A stretch of DNA of 64,000 nt from Calditrichaceae bacterium (lineage in GTDB: Bacteria > Calditrichota > Calditrichia > Calditrichales > JBFXGD01): the NCBI GenBank assembly GCA_050173015.1, contig JBFXLE010000006.1, positions 64,001 through 128,000 of the forward strand, given 5' to 3'. Below the pieces are notes generated by a model. That model saw only the letters and a program-made list of their open reading frames with translations, ran no database searches and was not told where the DNA came from. This document shows positions 54,475 through 64,000 of this stretch, in pieces (position 1 is the first letter of the stretch; each line of letters begins with the position of its first letter). The translations under genes and the position numbers were made by a program.

Positions 54475-57426
54475 ATGAAGAATTTAATTTTTACATGTTT
54501 TCTAGTCATCTTTTCCGTTTCCGCGCTTTTTTCCGAAGATCTAAAAACAAAAAAAGTTGATTCAGTGAATGAGGCGCCTTCATTCGCCGGTTTTGTTGAA
54601 AATGAAATAGTTGTTAAGCTCGACAGGTCATTCCTAAACAGAGTGACTCTCGTGGCCGAAAAACTGGAGGGAGGTTTATTTGGAATCTCCGAACTGGACA
54701 AACTCGGCAGCCGCATGGGAGTTGAAAAGATTTGGCAAAAAATTCCACATCTGAAAGCGAGAAACTTGAACGGGCGTATCATTGACCCTTCTTCCTGGTT
54801 CAATATAAAATTCAAAACAAATACCGATATTGATTTGGCGGTAAGGGCATATAAATTGCTGGCCGGTGTTGTTGACGCGCAGCCGATTGGCATCCACAAG
54901 ATATATACCCGAACCCCGAATGACGCCAATTACGCGGATCAGTGGCACCTGAACCAATCAAATGACGCGGATATCGACGCGCCTGAAGCCTGGGATGTTC
55001 AGACGGGAAACAGCAGTATTATTGTCGCGATTTTGGACACAGGCGTCCGCTATTACCATAAGGATTTGGGAGGCGCTAATGCCTCTTCTTCTAATCCGGG
55101 CGCCACTCAGGGAAATATGTGGATCAACACTGCGGAGAAGAACGGCACAGCCGGTGTGGATGATGACAATAACGGATTCATAGATGACTGGATCGGATGG
55201 GATTTTGTTGACGGAGTCACCGGGTGGACCGGTGAAGATGTGAGCACGCCCGACAATGATCCAAGGGATTTTAATGGACACGGTACTCACTGCGCGGGAA
55301 TTGTGGGCGCGATTAACAACAATAACTACGCTGTTTCTTCGCCGGCCGGCGGTTGGGCGAACGGAAGCCAGCAGGTCGAGGGAAATGGTGTCAAAATAAT
55401 GCCCTTGCGGATCGGATATTCAGGACGTTATTTGTTCTTTCTGGAGGTCGGCTATGTCCGTATGGATTTTGCCGCTGCCGCTTTTTACTATGCCGCGGAT
55501 AATGGCGCGAAAATCGCCTCCTGCAGCTGGGGTTCATCAAACACAGGCGGGCTTGGAGATGCCATAGATTATTTTGTCGCTGGCGGAGGACTGATTTTTA
55601 AGGCGGCGGGAAATGATGATAATCAGGATTCGGATTATATGCTTGACCGCGTTGATGTAATCGGCGTGGCTTCAACCGATGAGAATGATGTAAAATCCGA
55701 TTTCTCAACATACGGCGATTTTGTAGATATATCCGCGCCCGGGAGCAATATTTACAGTACCTATCATGATCATACCGACGCGGCAAATGATTATGTGGCA
55801 TCACTCAGCGGAACATCGATGGCCACACCTCTGACTGCTTCTGTGGCGTCATTAATCTGGTCACAAAATCCTTCATGGAGCGCTGACCAGGTCCGTCAGC
55901 AGTTGTATGATACAGCCGATGATATTTATGGAATATCGGGGAATGCAAGCTATGCAGGCAAATTGGGAGCAGGACGGATAAATGCTTATCAGGCGGTGAG
56001 TGTCGGTTCGGGACCCGCGGCTCCGGTGGCGGGATTCAGCGGTTCGCCGGTGGCCGGGTGCGGTCCGCTAACCGTTCAGTTTAATGATGAGTCAACGGGG
56101 GGTGTCACCGACTGGTCATGGGACTTTGGTGACGGCGGCGCCTCCGGTTTACAAAATCCCGATCATCAGTACGCGGATCCCGGTAAATATACTGTCGTAT
56201 TGACGGTGACGGGAGATGGGGGTTCGGATGCAGAGACCAAAACCGACTATATAATGGTTTACGCGCCGATCACGGCGGATTTTAACGGAACTCCGGTATC
56301 AGGGGATGCTCCTTTAACCGTTGATTTTACAGATCTCTCTGCCGGTGATGTAACGGATTGGTCCTGGGATTTTGGGGATGGTGGAACATCCTCAGTTCAA
56401 AATCCCTCCCATGAGTATTCTAACGCGGGGACATACACGGTTTCGCTCACCGCTTCAAATTCCTGCGACAATGATGTGATTTCAAAAACAGACTATATCA
56501 CGGTTACAGAACCGCCATGTGACGCGCCGGTGGCGGATTTTACCGGAAGTCCTCTTTCCGGCGCCGCGCCGCTTACGGTCTCTTTTACTGACAATTCCAC
56601 AAATAATCCGACATCCTGGAGCTGGAACTTTGGTGATGGGGCAACTTCGTCTGAACAAAATCCTACTCATGAATACGCAAACAGCGGTGATTTTACCGTT
56701 GAACTGAGTGTAAGCAATAGCTGCGGATCAGATGTTGAAACCAAAACAAATTACATTAGTGTAAGCGAGCCGTCCGCAAATATGATGCATATCGGCCAAA
56801 TGACCGTAACGGTTCAATCAACCTGGATTTTTAGAAGAGCTAAAGCGGAAATTAAAATTGTTGACAGCGGGGGAGCTGCTGTCGCAAGCGCGGGAGTGAG
56901 CGGAGCCTGGTCCGGGAAAACCACGGATACGGATAACGTCACCACCGGATCCAACGGAGTCGCCGTGGCCTATTCCAACTGGACCACAGGAGCGGGAACG
57001 TTCACATTTTGCGTCGAGAATGTTTCAAAATCGGGATGGACGTATGATCAAAGCGCCAACGTGGCTACTTGCGCCGGTTCGGATGGAAGTACATCCGCAA
57101 CCGAACTGGTAGCGAATGTCTCACTGGATGAAATAGAAGGCGAGCTCGATTTTAAACTGGCCACTAATTCACCCAATCCTTTCAATCCGTCGACAACGAT
57201 ATCTTTTATAGCGCCGGTTGAGTCATTTGTAACGGTTGAGCTTTATAATATTTTGGGACAAAAGGTAAACACCATTCTGAATGGACAAATTTCCGCAGGG
57301 TTAAATTCGGTTACCTGGAATGGTGATGACACATCCGGGCAACTCGTGAGTTCAGGATTTTATTTTTACCGGATTACCTACAATGGAAAACATTCAATAA
57401 TAAGAAAAATTCTGATGATAAAATAA
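54475..57426 (+). CDS. Secreted S8 (subtilisin-like) serine protease with three PKD domains and a T9SS-A/FlgD-like CTD
   Basis: Catalytic triad ILDTG / HGTHCAG / GTSMA; three WSW[D/N]FGDG PKD repeats; NSPNPFNPST...SSGFYFY...RKILMIK. Confidence 0.93.
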   Translation: MKNLIFTCFLVIFSVSALFSEDLKTKKVDSVNEAPSFAGFVENEIVVKLDRSFLNRVTLVAEKLEGGLFGISELDKLGSRMGVEKIWQKIPHLKARNLNGRIIDPSSWFNIKFKTNTDIDLAVRAYKLLAGVVDAQPIGIHKIYTRTPNDANYADQWHLNQSNDADIDAPEAWDVQTGNSSIIVAILDTGVRYYHKDLGGANASSSNPGATQGNMWINTAEKNGTAGVDDDNNGFIDDWIGWDFVDGVTGWTGEDVSTPDNDPRDFNGHGTHCAGIVGAINNNNYAVSSPAGGWANGSQQVEGNGVKIMPLRIGYSGRYLFFLEVGYVRMDFAAAAFYYAADNGAKIASCSWGSSNTGGLGDAIDYFVAGGGLIFKAAGNDDNQDSDYMLDRVDVIGVASTDENDVKSDFSTYGDFVDISAPGSNIYSTYHDHTDAANDYVASLSGTSMATPLTASVASLIWSQNPSWSADQVRQQLYDTADDIYGISGNASYAGKLGAGRINAYQAVSVGSGPAAPVAGFSGSPVAGCGPLTVQFNDESTGGVTDWSWDFGDGGASGLQNPDHQYADPGKYTVVLTVTGDGGSDAETKTDYIMVYAPITADFNGTPVSGDAPLTVDFTDLSAGDVTDWSWDFGDGGTSSVQNPSHEYSNAGTYTVSLTASNSCDNDVISKTDYITVTEPPCDAPVADFTGSPLSGAAPLTVSFTDNSTNNPTSWSWNFGDGATSSEQNPTHEYANSGDFTVELSVSNSCGSDVETKTNYISVSEPSANMMHIGQMTVTVQSTWIFRRAKAEIKIVDSGGAAVASAGVSGAWSGKTTDTDNVTTGSNGVAVAYSNWTTGAGTFTFCVENVSKSGWTYDQSANVATCAGSDGSTSATELVANVSLDEIEGELDFKLATNSPNPFNPSTTISFIAPVESFVTVELYNILGQKVNTILNGQISAGLNSVTWNGDDTSGQLVSSGFYFYRITYNGKHSIIRKILMIK
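56020..56770 (+). repeat. Three tandem PKD-domain coding repeats (about 80 aa each)
   Basis: P.A.F.G.P..G..PLTV.F.D.S......WSW.FGDG......NP.H.Y...G..TV.L repeated three times. Confidence 0.85.
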
Positions 57427-57450
57427 GTTGGACTTATAATTTAGAAGAAT

Positions 57451-57487
57451 ACGGCGGGATGATATTTTCCATCCCGCCGTTTTTTTT
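57451..57487 (+). terminator. Rho-independent terminator after the S8 protease
   Basis: ACGGCGGGATG(57451-57461)/CATCCCGCCGT(57470-57480) stem followed by T7. Confidence 0.9.
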
Positions 57488-58484
57488 AAGGCAAATATTT
57501 TACGGTTTTTCGGCCGTCATCCATTATATAAACCAACATTTCCAGGTTGGCTGAATTGGGAATGGCGAAGGCGCATACCCCGTCGATACGGCTTCTTGGT
57601 TCGATGGCGAGTTCTTTCATCAATCCGTTCTGAAATTTTTCTGTTTGAGTTGCATCAATCGAATATTCATTCTTTTCTGTATCGATTAACTTCAGATTTG
57701 CCGGGCGGAAGGTAATGCTTTCACCTGTATTGTTTACCGCGGTCAGATCCACCATCAGAAGACTTCCGTTCTTTTTCATCGCTACGATGCTGATCGGAAG
57801 GTCTTTGGTAACGTCCAGAATACTCATTGTCTGCTGGCGCGCCAGTTTAAGGTTCTTTTTTGCGTCCTTGCTTTCCGGATTAAATGAAACGGCGCGAGCC
57901 AGATATCTTTCTGCCGTCAGGTATAGATCGCCGTTTGTTTTTTCCTTTTTCGCCTGTTCAAAGAATTTAATCCCTTTTTCATACATGGCATTAAAATTCT
58001 GCTGTTTAACCGCCGATAACAACGAATCAGCAGATTTGTTCTCAGGATAATTTTCAAGCGCGACTTCAAGATTGTCGAGCATTTTTGTAAAATACTGTTC
58101 CTTTTGGATTTCATTGGATGGTTTTGCTTTTTTATATGCCTCGGCAAACTTGAATAATAGCATGCTATATTGTTTCTTAAATTCAGGGCTTGTTTCGCCG
58201 GCAGGCACAAGACGTTCACCACGCTCAAAATTTCCGGAAAAAGAATCGATATTTTTTGTCCGCGTATAAAGCATTAATCCTTTTTGCATGTAAGTCAATG
58301 CGATTTTTTCATTAATTTTTGCATTTTCCGGTTGATTTTTTTTAACTTCCAGGTAATGTGTTCGCGCCCGATCATACTCTCCGCTTGCAAAAGCAGCATC
58401 ACCATCGGCTTCGGGTTTGCTACCGCATCCGAATAACATCAAGCTGAGTGACGAGGCGAGAAAAAAAACGATCCATGATCTCAT
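57486..58484 (-). CDS. TPR-containing lipoprotein with a C-terminal Ig-like (DUF4352-like) domain
   Basis: RBS AGGAG before ATG 58484; lipobox LFGC; TPR-like helices; VDLTAVNNTG...LKLIDTEKNEY...GVCAFAIP. Confidence 0.65.
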   Translation of the reverse strand: MRSWIVFFLASSLSLMLFGCGSKPEADGDAAFASGEYDRARTHYLEVKKNQPENAKINEKIALTYMQKGLMLYTRTKNIDSFSGNFERGERLVPAGETSPEFKKQYSMLLFKFAEAYKKAKPSNEIQKEQYFTKMLDNLEVALENYPENKSADSLLSAVKQQNFNAMYEKGIKFFEQAKKEKTNGDLYLTAERYLARAVSFNPESKDAKKNLKLARQQTMSILDVTKDLPISIVAMKKNGSLLMVDLTAVNNTGESITFRPANLKLIDTEKNEYSIDATQTEKFQNGLMKELAIEPRSRIDGVCAFAIPNSANLEMLVYIMDDGRKTVKYLP

Positions 58485-58587
58485 CCTTTTCTCCTGTATT
58501 TTTGTGTAAATTTTAAAGTGGACAAAAATATACCAATGCAATTTAAAAAAAAATATTCTTAAATAAAAGTTTTTATGAGATTCGAAA

Positions 58588-59328
58588 ATGAAGATAACCA
58601 TTCTTGGTTCAGGAACCACGACTTCAGATTTTAATAGAAATCCATCGGGTTATTTGCTGGAGGAAGGGCGGATGAGCGCACTTCTGGATATGGGGCCGGG
58701 CATTCTGAAACAGCTTAAATTTCTGAAGAAAAACCTGCTGGAGATAAATAAAATTTTTCTCTCACACTTTCATTTAGATCATTCCGCGGATGTTTTCCCT
58801 TTTATGATGAACAGATATCTTTTAGAGAATTCTTCAAATAGTCTCCTGACCATTGCCGGTCCTCCGGGATTAACCGGATGGTTTAACACGATCGCCTCCA
58901 CTCAGGGATCCTGGCTGAGCGAAAACATACCTTCACTGGTAGAGCTGGGAAAAACATCCTATGATTGGGCGGGCTTAAGTATATCCGTCATGCCCACCGG
59001 TCATACCAGAGAAAGTATCGCCTTTAGGTTTTCCGGGAAAAAATCTTTTTTTTACAGCGGAGACACCGGGTACAATATGGAGCTGACCCGGTTGGCTGCT
59101 GACACGGATATCGGTATATTGGAATGTTCGGTGCCGGAAGAACTAAAAACACCGCGTCATTTATCACCATCGGAAGCAGGCCGGCTGGCTGCGGCGGCGC
59201 GGATCAAACATCTGGTGATTACTCATGTAAATCCCGAAAATGATACTGAAGATCTGGAATCCAGAATCAGTAAATATTATGCGGGTAAAATTATTATAGC
59301 TGAAGATTTTATGGAAATTAATCAGTAA
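58588..59328 (+). CDS. MBL-fold hydrolase, RNase Z/BN-like
   Basis: ITILGSG, LLDMG, SHFHLDHSAD, YSGDTG, HLSP and ITH motifs. Confidence 0.88.
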   Translation: MKITILGSGTTTSDFNRNPSGYLLEEGRMSALLDMGPGILKQLKFLKKNLLEINKIFLSHFHLDHSADVFPFMMNRYLLENSSNSLLTIAGPPGLTGWFNTIASTQGSWLSENIPSLVELGKTSYDWAGLSISVMPTGHTRESIAFRFSGKKSFFYSGDTGYNMELTRLAADTDIGILECSVPEELKTPRHLSPSEAGRLAAAARIKHLVITHVNPENDTEDLESRISKYYAGKIIIAEDFMEINQ

Positions 59329-59362
59329 AAGTCTGACTCTCACAACTCAAAAGTAAAAAATT

Positions 59363-61765
59363 ATGCAATGGACTGAATCTTACCGCTCCTTCGCGGCTTT
59401 ATGGATATTTGCCATATTTTCGACAGGAATATTTCTTGGCAATATATTTCTGATTAATCTCAATTTTACGATACTTCTGATGATTCTTACTGTATTAATT
59501 CTCTTTTCAATCGTGATTAACTTCAGCTATCCGCGGATGTTACCCTATTCAATGTTCCTATTTATTTTTATGGCGGGAATTGCATCAGGCTATGATTCGC
59601 TTGCCCGTTTTCCGGACCGCCATCTTGTTCTACAGGACAACCAATCTATTGAACAATTCAGAGGCTGGATAAGTGAAACGCACTATCGCGCTGACGGAAG
59701 AAATAATTATGTGATGGAGTGTGATTCGATATATGTTAATAATAAGGCGCGGCCCGCTGAAGGCAAAATCTTTCTTAATCAGGGACGGTTTGACGGAAAA
59801 CTGAATTATGGCGATGTAATTCTTCTGGAAGGGTTTCCGGAACGGCCCGCTCTGCCCGGCAATCCGGGTGAATTTAATTACCTGAAGTATCTTCAGATGA
59901 AGGATATCTATTTCCATTATAGCCTCTCCGATGAAAATACAAAAATTCCGGATGAAGTGGGGGGGGATATTGTAAATCGTACTCTGCTTGTTCCTCTAAG
60001 ACAATATCTGCTTAATAGGATCGATTTTTATTTAGATTCACCTGCCCGTGAAGTGACTAAAGCGCTGTTGTTGGGTGAGCGTCAGGATATCGAAGATTCG
60101 GTCATGGAAGATTTTCAGACATCAGGTGTCATACACGTTCTCGCGATCTCAGGCCTGCATGTGGGATTTATCCTGATGTTGTTCCTTCTGTTTTTTACAT
60201 TTCTGCGATTACCGTATCCTCTTAGGATTTCATTGAGTCTTTTTTCCCTTTTTATATTTGTGGCGCTGGTGAATTTCAAAGCGCCGGTGGTCCGGGCTTC
60301 AGTGATGGCGTCCATTTATTTGATCGGAAAATTATCCGAACGATTTCCAAAACCGCTCAATCTGATCGGGGTCGCCGGTCTTATGATATTGTTTTTTGAA
60401 CCCAGGCAAATCTTTCAGCCGGGATTCCAGTTCTCTTTTACGGCTGTCGGCGCTATTCTATACGGTTATCCTCGTTTAAAAAAAATCATACCCTGGCCAT
60501 TTGACGATTCAGGCTGGCAAGGATTCATTAATCAATACCTCCGAATACCGTTAATTGTTTCTCTGGCGGCGGTACTTGGAACGGTGCCGCTGACATGGCT
60601 TTACTACGGAACGTTACAAACCGGCGCGATTATCGCTAACCTTTTCGTGATACCGATGATCGGAAGTTATGTAATCCTCAGTCTGTTGTTTTTGATTTTA
60701 AGCCTGATAATTCCGGGTATTTTGGAAGGGTTTGCTTTTTTGTTGAATGAATATATAAAATTCATCCTCGATACCGTGGGCTTCTTTGCGGATCAGCCTT
60801 TCGTCCAGGTATATTTACCGCATCCGTCCGTGTGGATCATTATTCTCGTGATTCTTGGAGTGTTTTTGATATTCAACATGCGGAAGAGAATAAACAGATT
60901 CTATCTATTTTTCATTCTAATCATTTTGACATTTTACATGAATGGATGGCTCCTGCGCGCAGATCAGAAACTTTCGGTTACTTTTGTTGATGTGGGACAG
61001 GGAGACGCCGCCATTATTAAAATTCCGGGAGGAGAAACAATAGTTATTGATTCGGGAGACAATGTGAGAGGACATGACAAAGGGAAAGATGTTGTTCTTC
61101 CTCTGCTGCGATATTATGGGATTAACCGGATAAAGTATCTGATTGGTACACACCCGCATAGTGACCATATCGGCGGCTTCCAATCACTAATGAAAGAAGT
61201 CATGGTGGATACGCTTGTTCTGAGCGGTTATAAGGATGAGTCAAAATTCTATGAGAACATGATTCGAACGGCAGAAATAAAATCAATTCCGATCCGGTAT
61301 GTTCAAAGAGGACAGGTTTTGTTTGTGAATCCGGTTTGCCGGATTTATGTCCTGCATCCTGCTAAAAGATTTCTTGATGGCGGTGAGGAAAATAACGGTA
61401 AGGTGAACAATACATCCATCGTTTTGAAAATAGTTTACGGCGCCACCTCATTTCTGCTGGTCGGTGACCTTGAAAGGGAGGGCGAAGCAGATCTTGGATG
61501 TTATTCTGACTTCCTCGATGCCGATGTTTTAAAAGTCGGTCACCATGGAAGTAAAACTTCCACATACGATGAATTTCTGGACCTGGTAACTCCGGAATTC
61601 GGAATTATATCCGTGGGCCGCCGCAACCGGTTTTACCATCCGAACCGATCGACCGTGACAAGACTGGGTGATCATGGGGTGATCCCGCTGCGTACTGATC
61701 ATTTTGGAGCGATCGTCATAGAGAGCGACGGAAGAGAGATTAGCGTACTTAACTGGCGTCAATAA
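59363..61765 (+). CDS. comEC: DNA uptake competence protein ComEC/Rec2
   Basis: NPGEFNY, GVIHVLAISGLHVG, PVVRA, GFQFSF, DVGQGDA, THPHSDHIGG and KVGHHGS motifs. Confidence 0.95.
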   Translation: MQWTESYRSFAALWIFAIFSTGIFLGNIFLINLNFTILLMILTVLILFSIVINFSYPRMLPYSMFLFIFMAGIASGYDSLARFPDRHLVLQDNQSIEQFRGWISETHYRADGRNNYVMECDSIYVNNKARPAEGKIFLNQGRFDGKLNYGDVILLEGFPERPALPGNPGEFNYLKYLQMKDIYFHYSLSDENTKIPDEVGGDIVNRTLLVPLRQYLLNRIDFYLDSPAREVTKALLLGERQDIEDSVMEDFQTSGVIHVLAISGLHVGFILMLFLLFFTFLRLPYPLRISLSLFSLFIFVALVNFKAPVVRASVMASIYLIGKLSERFPKPLNLIGVAGLMILFFEPRQIFQPGFQFSFTAVGAILYGYPRLKKIIPWPFDDSGWQGFINQYLRIPLIVSLAAVLGTVPLTWLYYGTLQTGAIIANLFVIPMIGSYVILSLLFLILSLIIPGILEGFAFLLNEYIKFILDTVGFFADQPFVQVYLPHPSVWIIILVILGVFLIFNMRKRINRFYLFFILIILTFYMNGWLLRADQKLSVTFVDVGQGDAAIIKIPGGETIVIDSGDNVRGHDKGKDVVLPLLRYYGINRIKYLIGTHPHSDHIGGFQSLMKEVMVDTLVLSGYKDESKFYENMIRTAEIKSIPIRYVQRGQVLFVNPVCRIYVLHPAKRFLDGGEENNGKVNNTSIVLKIVYGATSFLLVGDLEREGEADLGCYSDFLDADVLKVGHHGSKTSTYDEFLDLVTPEFGIISVGRRNRFYHPNRSTVTRLGDHGVIPLRTDHFGAIVIESDGREISVLNWRQ

Positions 61766-61852
61766 CGATGGATTAAAAATTGGCGCTATTGAATGTAAAT
61801 TGCCGGTGTGTTAAATTGAAAAAACGTATAGATTTCCGTGAAATCGATATGA

Positions 61853-62560
61853 GTGAGGACAAATTTTACGAAAGCCGGTGAACTAAAATTCGATCAGCCC
61901 ATATGGGATTCAGGTATAGAATGGCTTTGCGGAGTTGATGAAGCCGGCCGGGGGCCTCTCGCCGGCCCGGTAATCAGCGCGGCGGTTATTTTGCCGGCAG
62001 GGTGCGCGATCCCGGACGCGGATGATTCAAAAAAACTGTCAGAAAAAGAACGTCTCCGGCTTGAAGATGAGATTATAAGCAGGGCGGTGAGCTGTGGGAT
62101 TGGTTCAGCGTCAGTGGCCGAGATAAATTCATTAAATATATTGCAGGCAACTTTTCTGGCAATGAAACGCGCTGTAAATGAATTAAGGGTTAAACCACAA
62201 TATATTTTAATAGACGGCAGGGATTTTCCGGCGATACTTTATCGAAAAGAAACCGGTTCTCTGAGAGGTCAAGCAGTCATAAAGGGTGATCAACAGTCTC
62301 TCAGCATAGCCTGCGCGTCCATTCTGGCAAAAGTTCATCGTGACCGTTTAATGTGCGAATACGCGAAAAAATATCCGGAGTATCATTTTGAACGTCACAA
62401 AGGATACGGGACAAGCGAACACAGAAGGAATATTTTGGATCATGGTCCGAGTCCCCTTCACAGAAAAACATTTTTAAGAAAACTAATGAATGAAAATTTC
62501 AGGCAATATGATGAAGACGCATCTCTTTTTAACGGGTTTTATGGGGGCGGGAAAAAGTAA
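61853..62560 (+). CDS. rnhB: Ribonuclease HII
   Basis: GVDEAGRGPLAGPV, DSKKL, IDG, KGD, ASILAKV.RD and KGYGT motifs. Confidence 0.95.
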   Translation: MRTNFTKAGELKFDQPIWDSGIEWLCGVDEAGRGPLAGPVISAAVILPAGCAIPDADDSKKLSEKERLRLEDEIISRAVSCGIGSASVAEINSLNILQATFLAMKRAVNELRVKPQYILIDGRDFPAILYRKETGSLRGQAVIKGDQQSLSIACASILAKVHRDRLMCEYAKKYPEYHFERHKGYGTSEHRRNILDHGPSPLHRKTFLRKLMNENFRQYDEDASLFNGFYGGGKK

Positions 62561-63053
62561 AATCGGTCCGTTGTTGGCTGATAAATTTGGCTGTCCGTTT
62601 TATGATTCCGATAGTTTGATAGAAGATAAAACAGGAATGACCATTTCGGATATTTTTAAAGAATACGGTGAACCCTATTTTCGTTCGATCGAATCGGACA
62701 TCATATCCCGTCTCGTTCATTATGACACCCGTTCTGTGATAGCCCTGGGCGGGGGCGCTCTGATAAATGATGATAGTTTTAAGCAAATTAAGGATAACGG
62801 AATTCTGATTTATATCAAAAGTTCACCGGAGGAGATTTATAAACGGGTTAAAGATTCCGGAAAACGGCCGCTTTTATCCGGGAGCGCTGATAGTAGTCGG
62901 GAAGAAAGTATGCTGATCCGTATTCGAACTCTTTTGACAGAAAGAGCCCCGGTTTATGAAAAGGCGAATATTATAATCGATCGCGATCCGTTAACGCTTG
63001 AAGAAATAGTGACCGAAATTTTTAATAAGGTAAATGAATGCCGGACAAATTAA
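62508..63053 (+). CDS. aroK: Shikimate kinase
   Basis: LTGFMGAGKSKIG, DSD, GEPYFR..E, LGGG and RPLL motifs; start at 62508 or 62511. Confidence 0.93.
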   Translation: MMKTHLFLTGFMGAGKSKIGPLLADKFGCPFYDSDSLIEDKTGMTISDIFKEYGEPYFRSIESDIISRLVHYDTRSVIALGGGALINDDSFKQIKDNGILIYIKSSPEEIYKRVKDSGKRPLLSGSADSSREESMLIRIRTLLTERAPVYEKANIIIDRDPLTLEEIVTEIFNKVNECRTN

Positions 63054-64000
63054 ATATGGAATTAATTCAGGTAAGTCTTGCCGCCAATCCGTATCCGGTG
63101 TACGCGGGTATGGATGTTCTGGATAAATTGGCGGAAGTATTGCGGCAGCATGGCGATTACTCACAGATTGCTGTCATCACGAGCAAATCGATATTTCAGA
63201 TGCACGGTAAAAAGCTGATGAAGGGATTTTCTTCAGATCAGGAAGTGATCACACTTTTTGTTCCCGATGGTGAAAATGCCAAGTCGTTTGATCAGTTGCA
63301 GCATTTATATTCTCAGCTTCTGGAGAAAAAATTTGAACGAAAAGCTCTTATAATAGCTTTCGGCGGCGGTGTGATCGGTGATTTGGCCGGATTTGTGGCG
63401 GCGACGTACCTTAGAGGAATCGCGCTCGTGCAGGTTCCCACAACGTTGCTCTCTCAGGTGGACAGCAGCATAGGCGGAAAGGTCGGTATAAATCACCCGC
63501 TTGGAAAAAATCTGATCGGAGCGTTCAAACAACCCCTGTTTGTTTTCAGTGATATTTCTGTTTTAAAAACCCTGCCGGATTCAGAGATTCGATGCGGTCT
63601 GGGTGAAGTTATCAAATACGGGATGATTCAGGACAGAGATTTTTTTTCATATCTTGAAGAAAATCTGGAAAATGCTTTGAACAAGGATGAGCAAATTCTG
63701 CTTCACATCGTAAAAACATCCGCGTCGCTCAAGGCGCGGGTAGTTGCGCAGGATGTTCATGAACACGGTATCAGAATGATCCTGAATTTTGGTCATACTT
63801 TTGGTCACGCGCTCGAAGCTGAATTTAAATTTGGTGAATTAAAGCATGGGGAAGCGGTAATACTCGGAATGAAATGCGCGATGAAGTATTCTTTGGATAA
63901 AGGGGCGTTAAGCCCGGCTGAGTATGAAAAAGGCATGTCTCTTCTCAACCGTGTTCCGATAAATTATGACAAAACAAAAATCTATGCAAAGCGATTGATT
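63038..64000 (+). CDS. aroB: 3-dehydroquinate synthase (3'-partial; absent from the ORF track because it runs off the window)
   Basis: Translated by hand: PDGENAKS, FGGGVIGDLAGFVAATYLRG, QVPTTLLSQVDSSIGGKVGINH, KNLIGAFKQP, LNFGHTFGHALE, HGEAV; start at 63038 or 63056. Confidence 0.95.
   Translation, partial: MPDKLNMELIQVSLAANPYPVYAGMDVLDKLAEVLRQHGDYSQIAVITSKSIFQMHGKKLMKGFSSDQEVITLFVPDGENAKSFDQLQHLYSQLLEKKFERKALIIAFGGGVIGDLAGFVAATYLRGIALVQVPTTLLSQVDSSIGGKVGINHPLGKNLIGAFKQPLFVFSDISVLKTLPDSEIRCGLGEVIKYGMIQDRDFFSYLEENLENALNKDEQILLHIVKTSASLKARVVAQDVHEHGIRMILNFGHTFGHALEAEFKFGELKHGEAVILGMKCAMKYSLDKGALSPAEYEKGMSLLNRVPINYDKTKIYAKRLI

Noticed and set aside
58485-58619. 45-aa N-terminal extension of ORF 57486-58619 given in the track
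   Set aside because: It overlaps the divergent MBL hydrolase start; ATG 58484 has an AGGAG RBS and gives a clean lipoprotein signal peptide
1-64000. CRISPR arrays, tRNA/rRNA genes, IS elements, selenoprotein read-through
   Set aside because: None seen by eye: no repeat-spacer periodicity, no cloverleaf or rRNA signatures, no transposase ORF, and all redox CxxC motifs use Cys codons. A computational scan could still find short elements

Overview
This 64-kb window is gene-dense chromosomal DNA with AT-rich intergenic gaps. Two secreted proteins end in YPNPFNP/SPNPFNP T9SS-A/FlgD-like sorting domains, and GWxTD and DUF2851 genes are present; together these suggest an FCB-related Gram-negative such as Calditrichota or KSB1 (inference). 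In order, it holds: a partial GH13 amylase; MPG glycosylase; a cobalamin riboswitch ahead of btuB-btuG-btuF, then a split class II ribonucleotide reductase and an orphan ABC ATPase; an ECF sigma/ZAS anti-sigma pair with a trxA-PDO-TlpA cluster; a Na+-translocating methylmalonyl-CoA decarboxylase operon; an M16 peptidase pair; NhaC; a GWxTD-gnnA-lmtA-like/PLP enzyme/AlaX/V4R-like/SatD run; aroF, trmH-family, ClC, hisS and a Hanks kinase; a PII-like gene and two PTS EIIA genes; a prenyl synthase, NlpC/P60, XRE, DUF2851 and MgtC-DUF350-SLT; a 2105-aa secreted protein with a FecR-Ig protein and a beta-barrel; gcdH; an S8/PKD protease; comEC, rnhB, aroK and partial aroB. I saw no tRNA, rRNA, CRISPR array or mobile element. 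Best leads: (1) an identical TGTATC-N16-CATCA motif before both the ECF sigma gene and trxA; (2) a coupled V4R/H-NOX-like sensor and SatD cyclase-fold HTH gene pair; (3) the giant protein/FecR/barrel trio; (4) a structured protease leader containing minigenes; (5) a Leptospira-like lipid A gene pair. All calls come from reading motifs by eye, without database searches.
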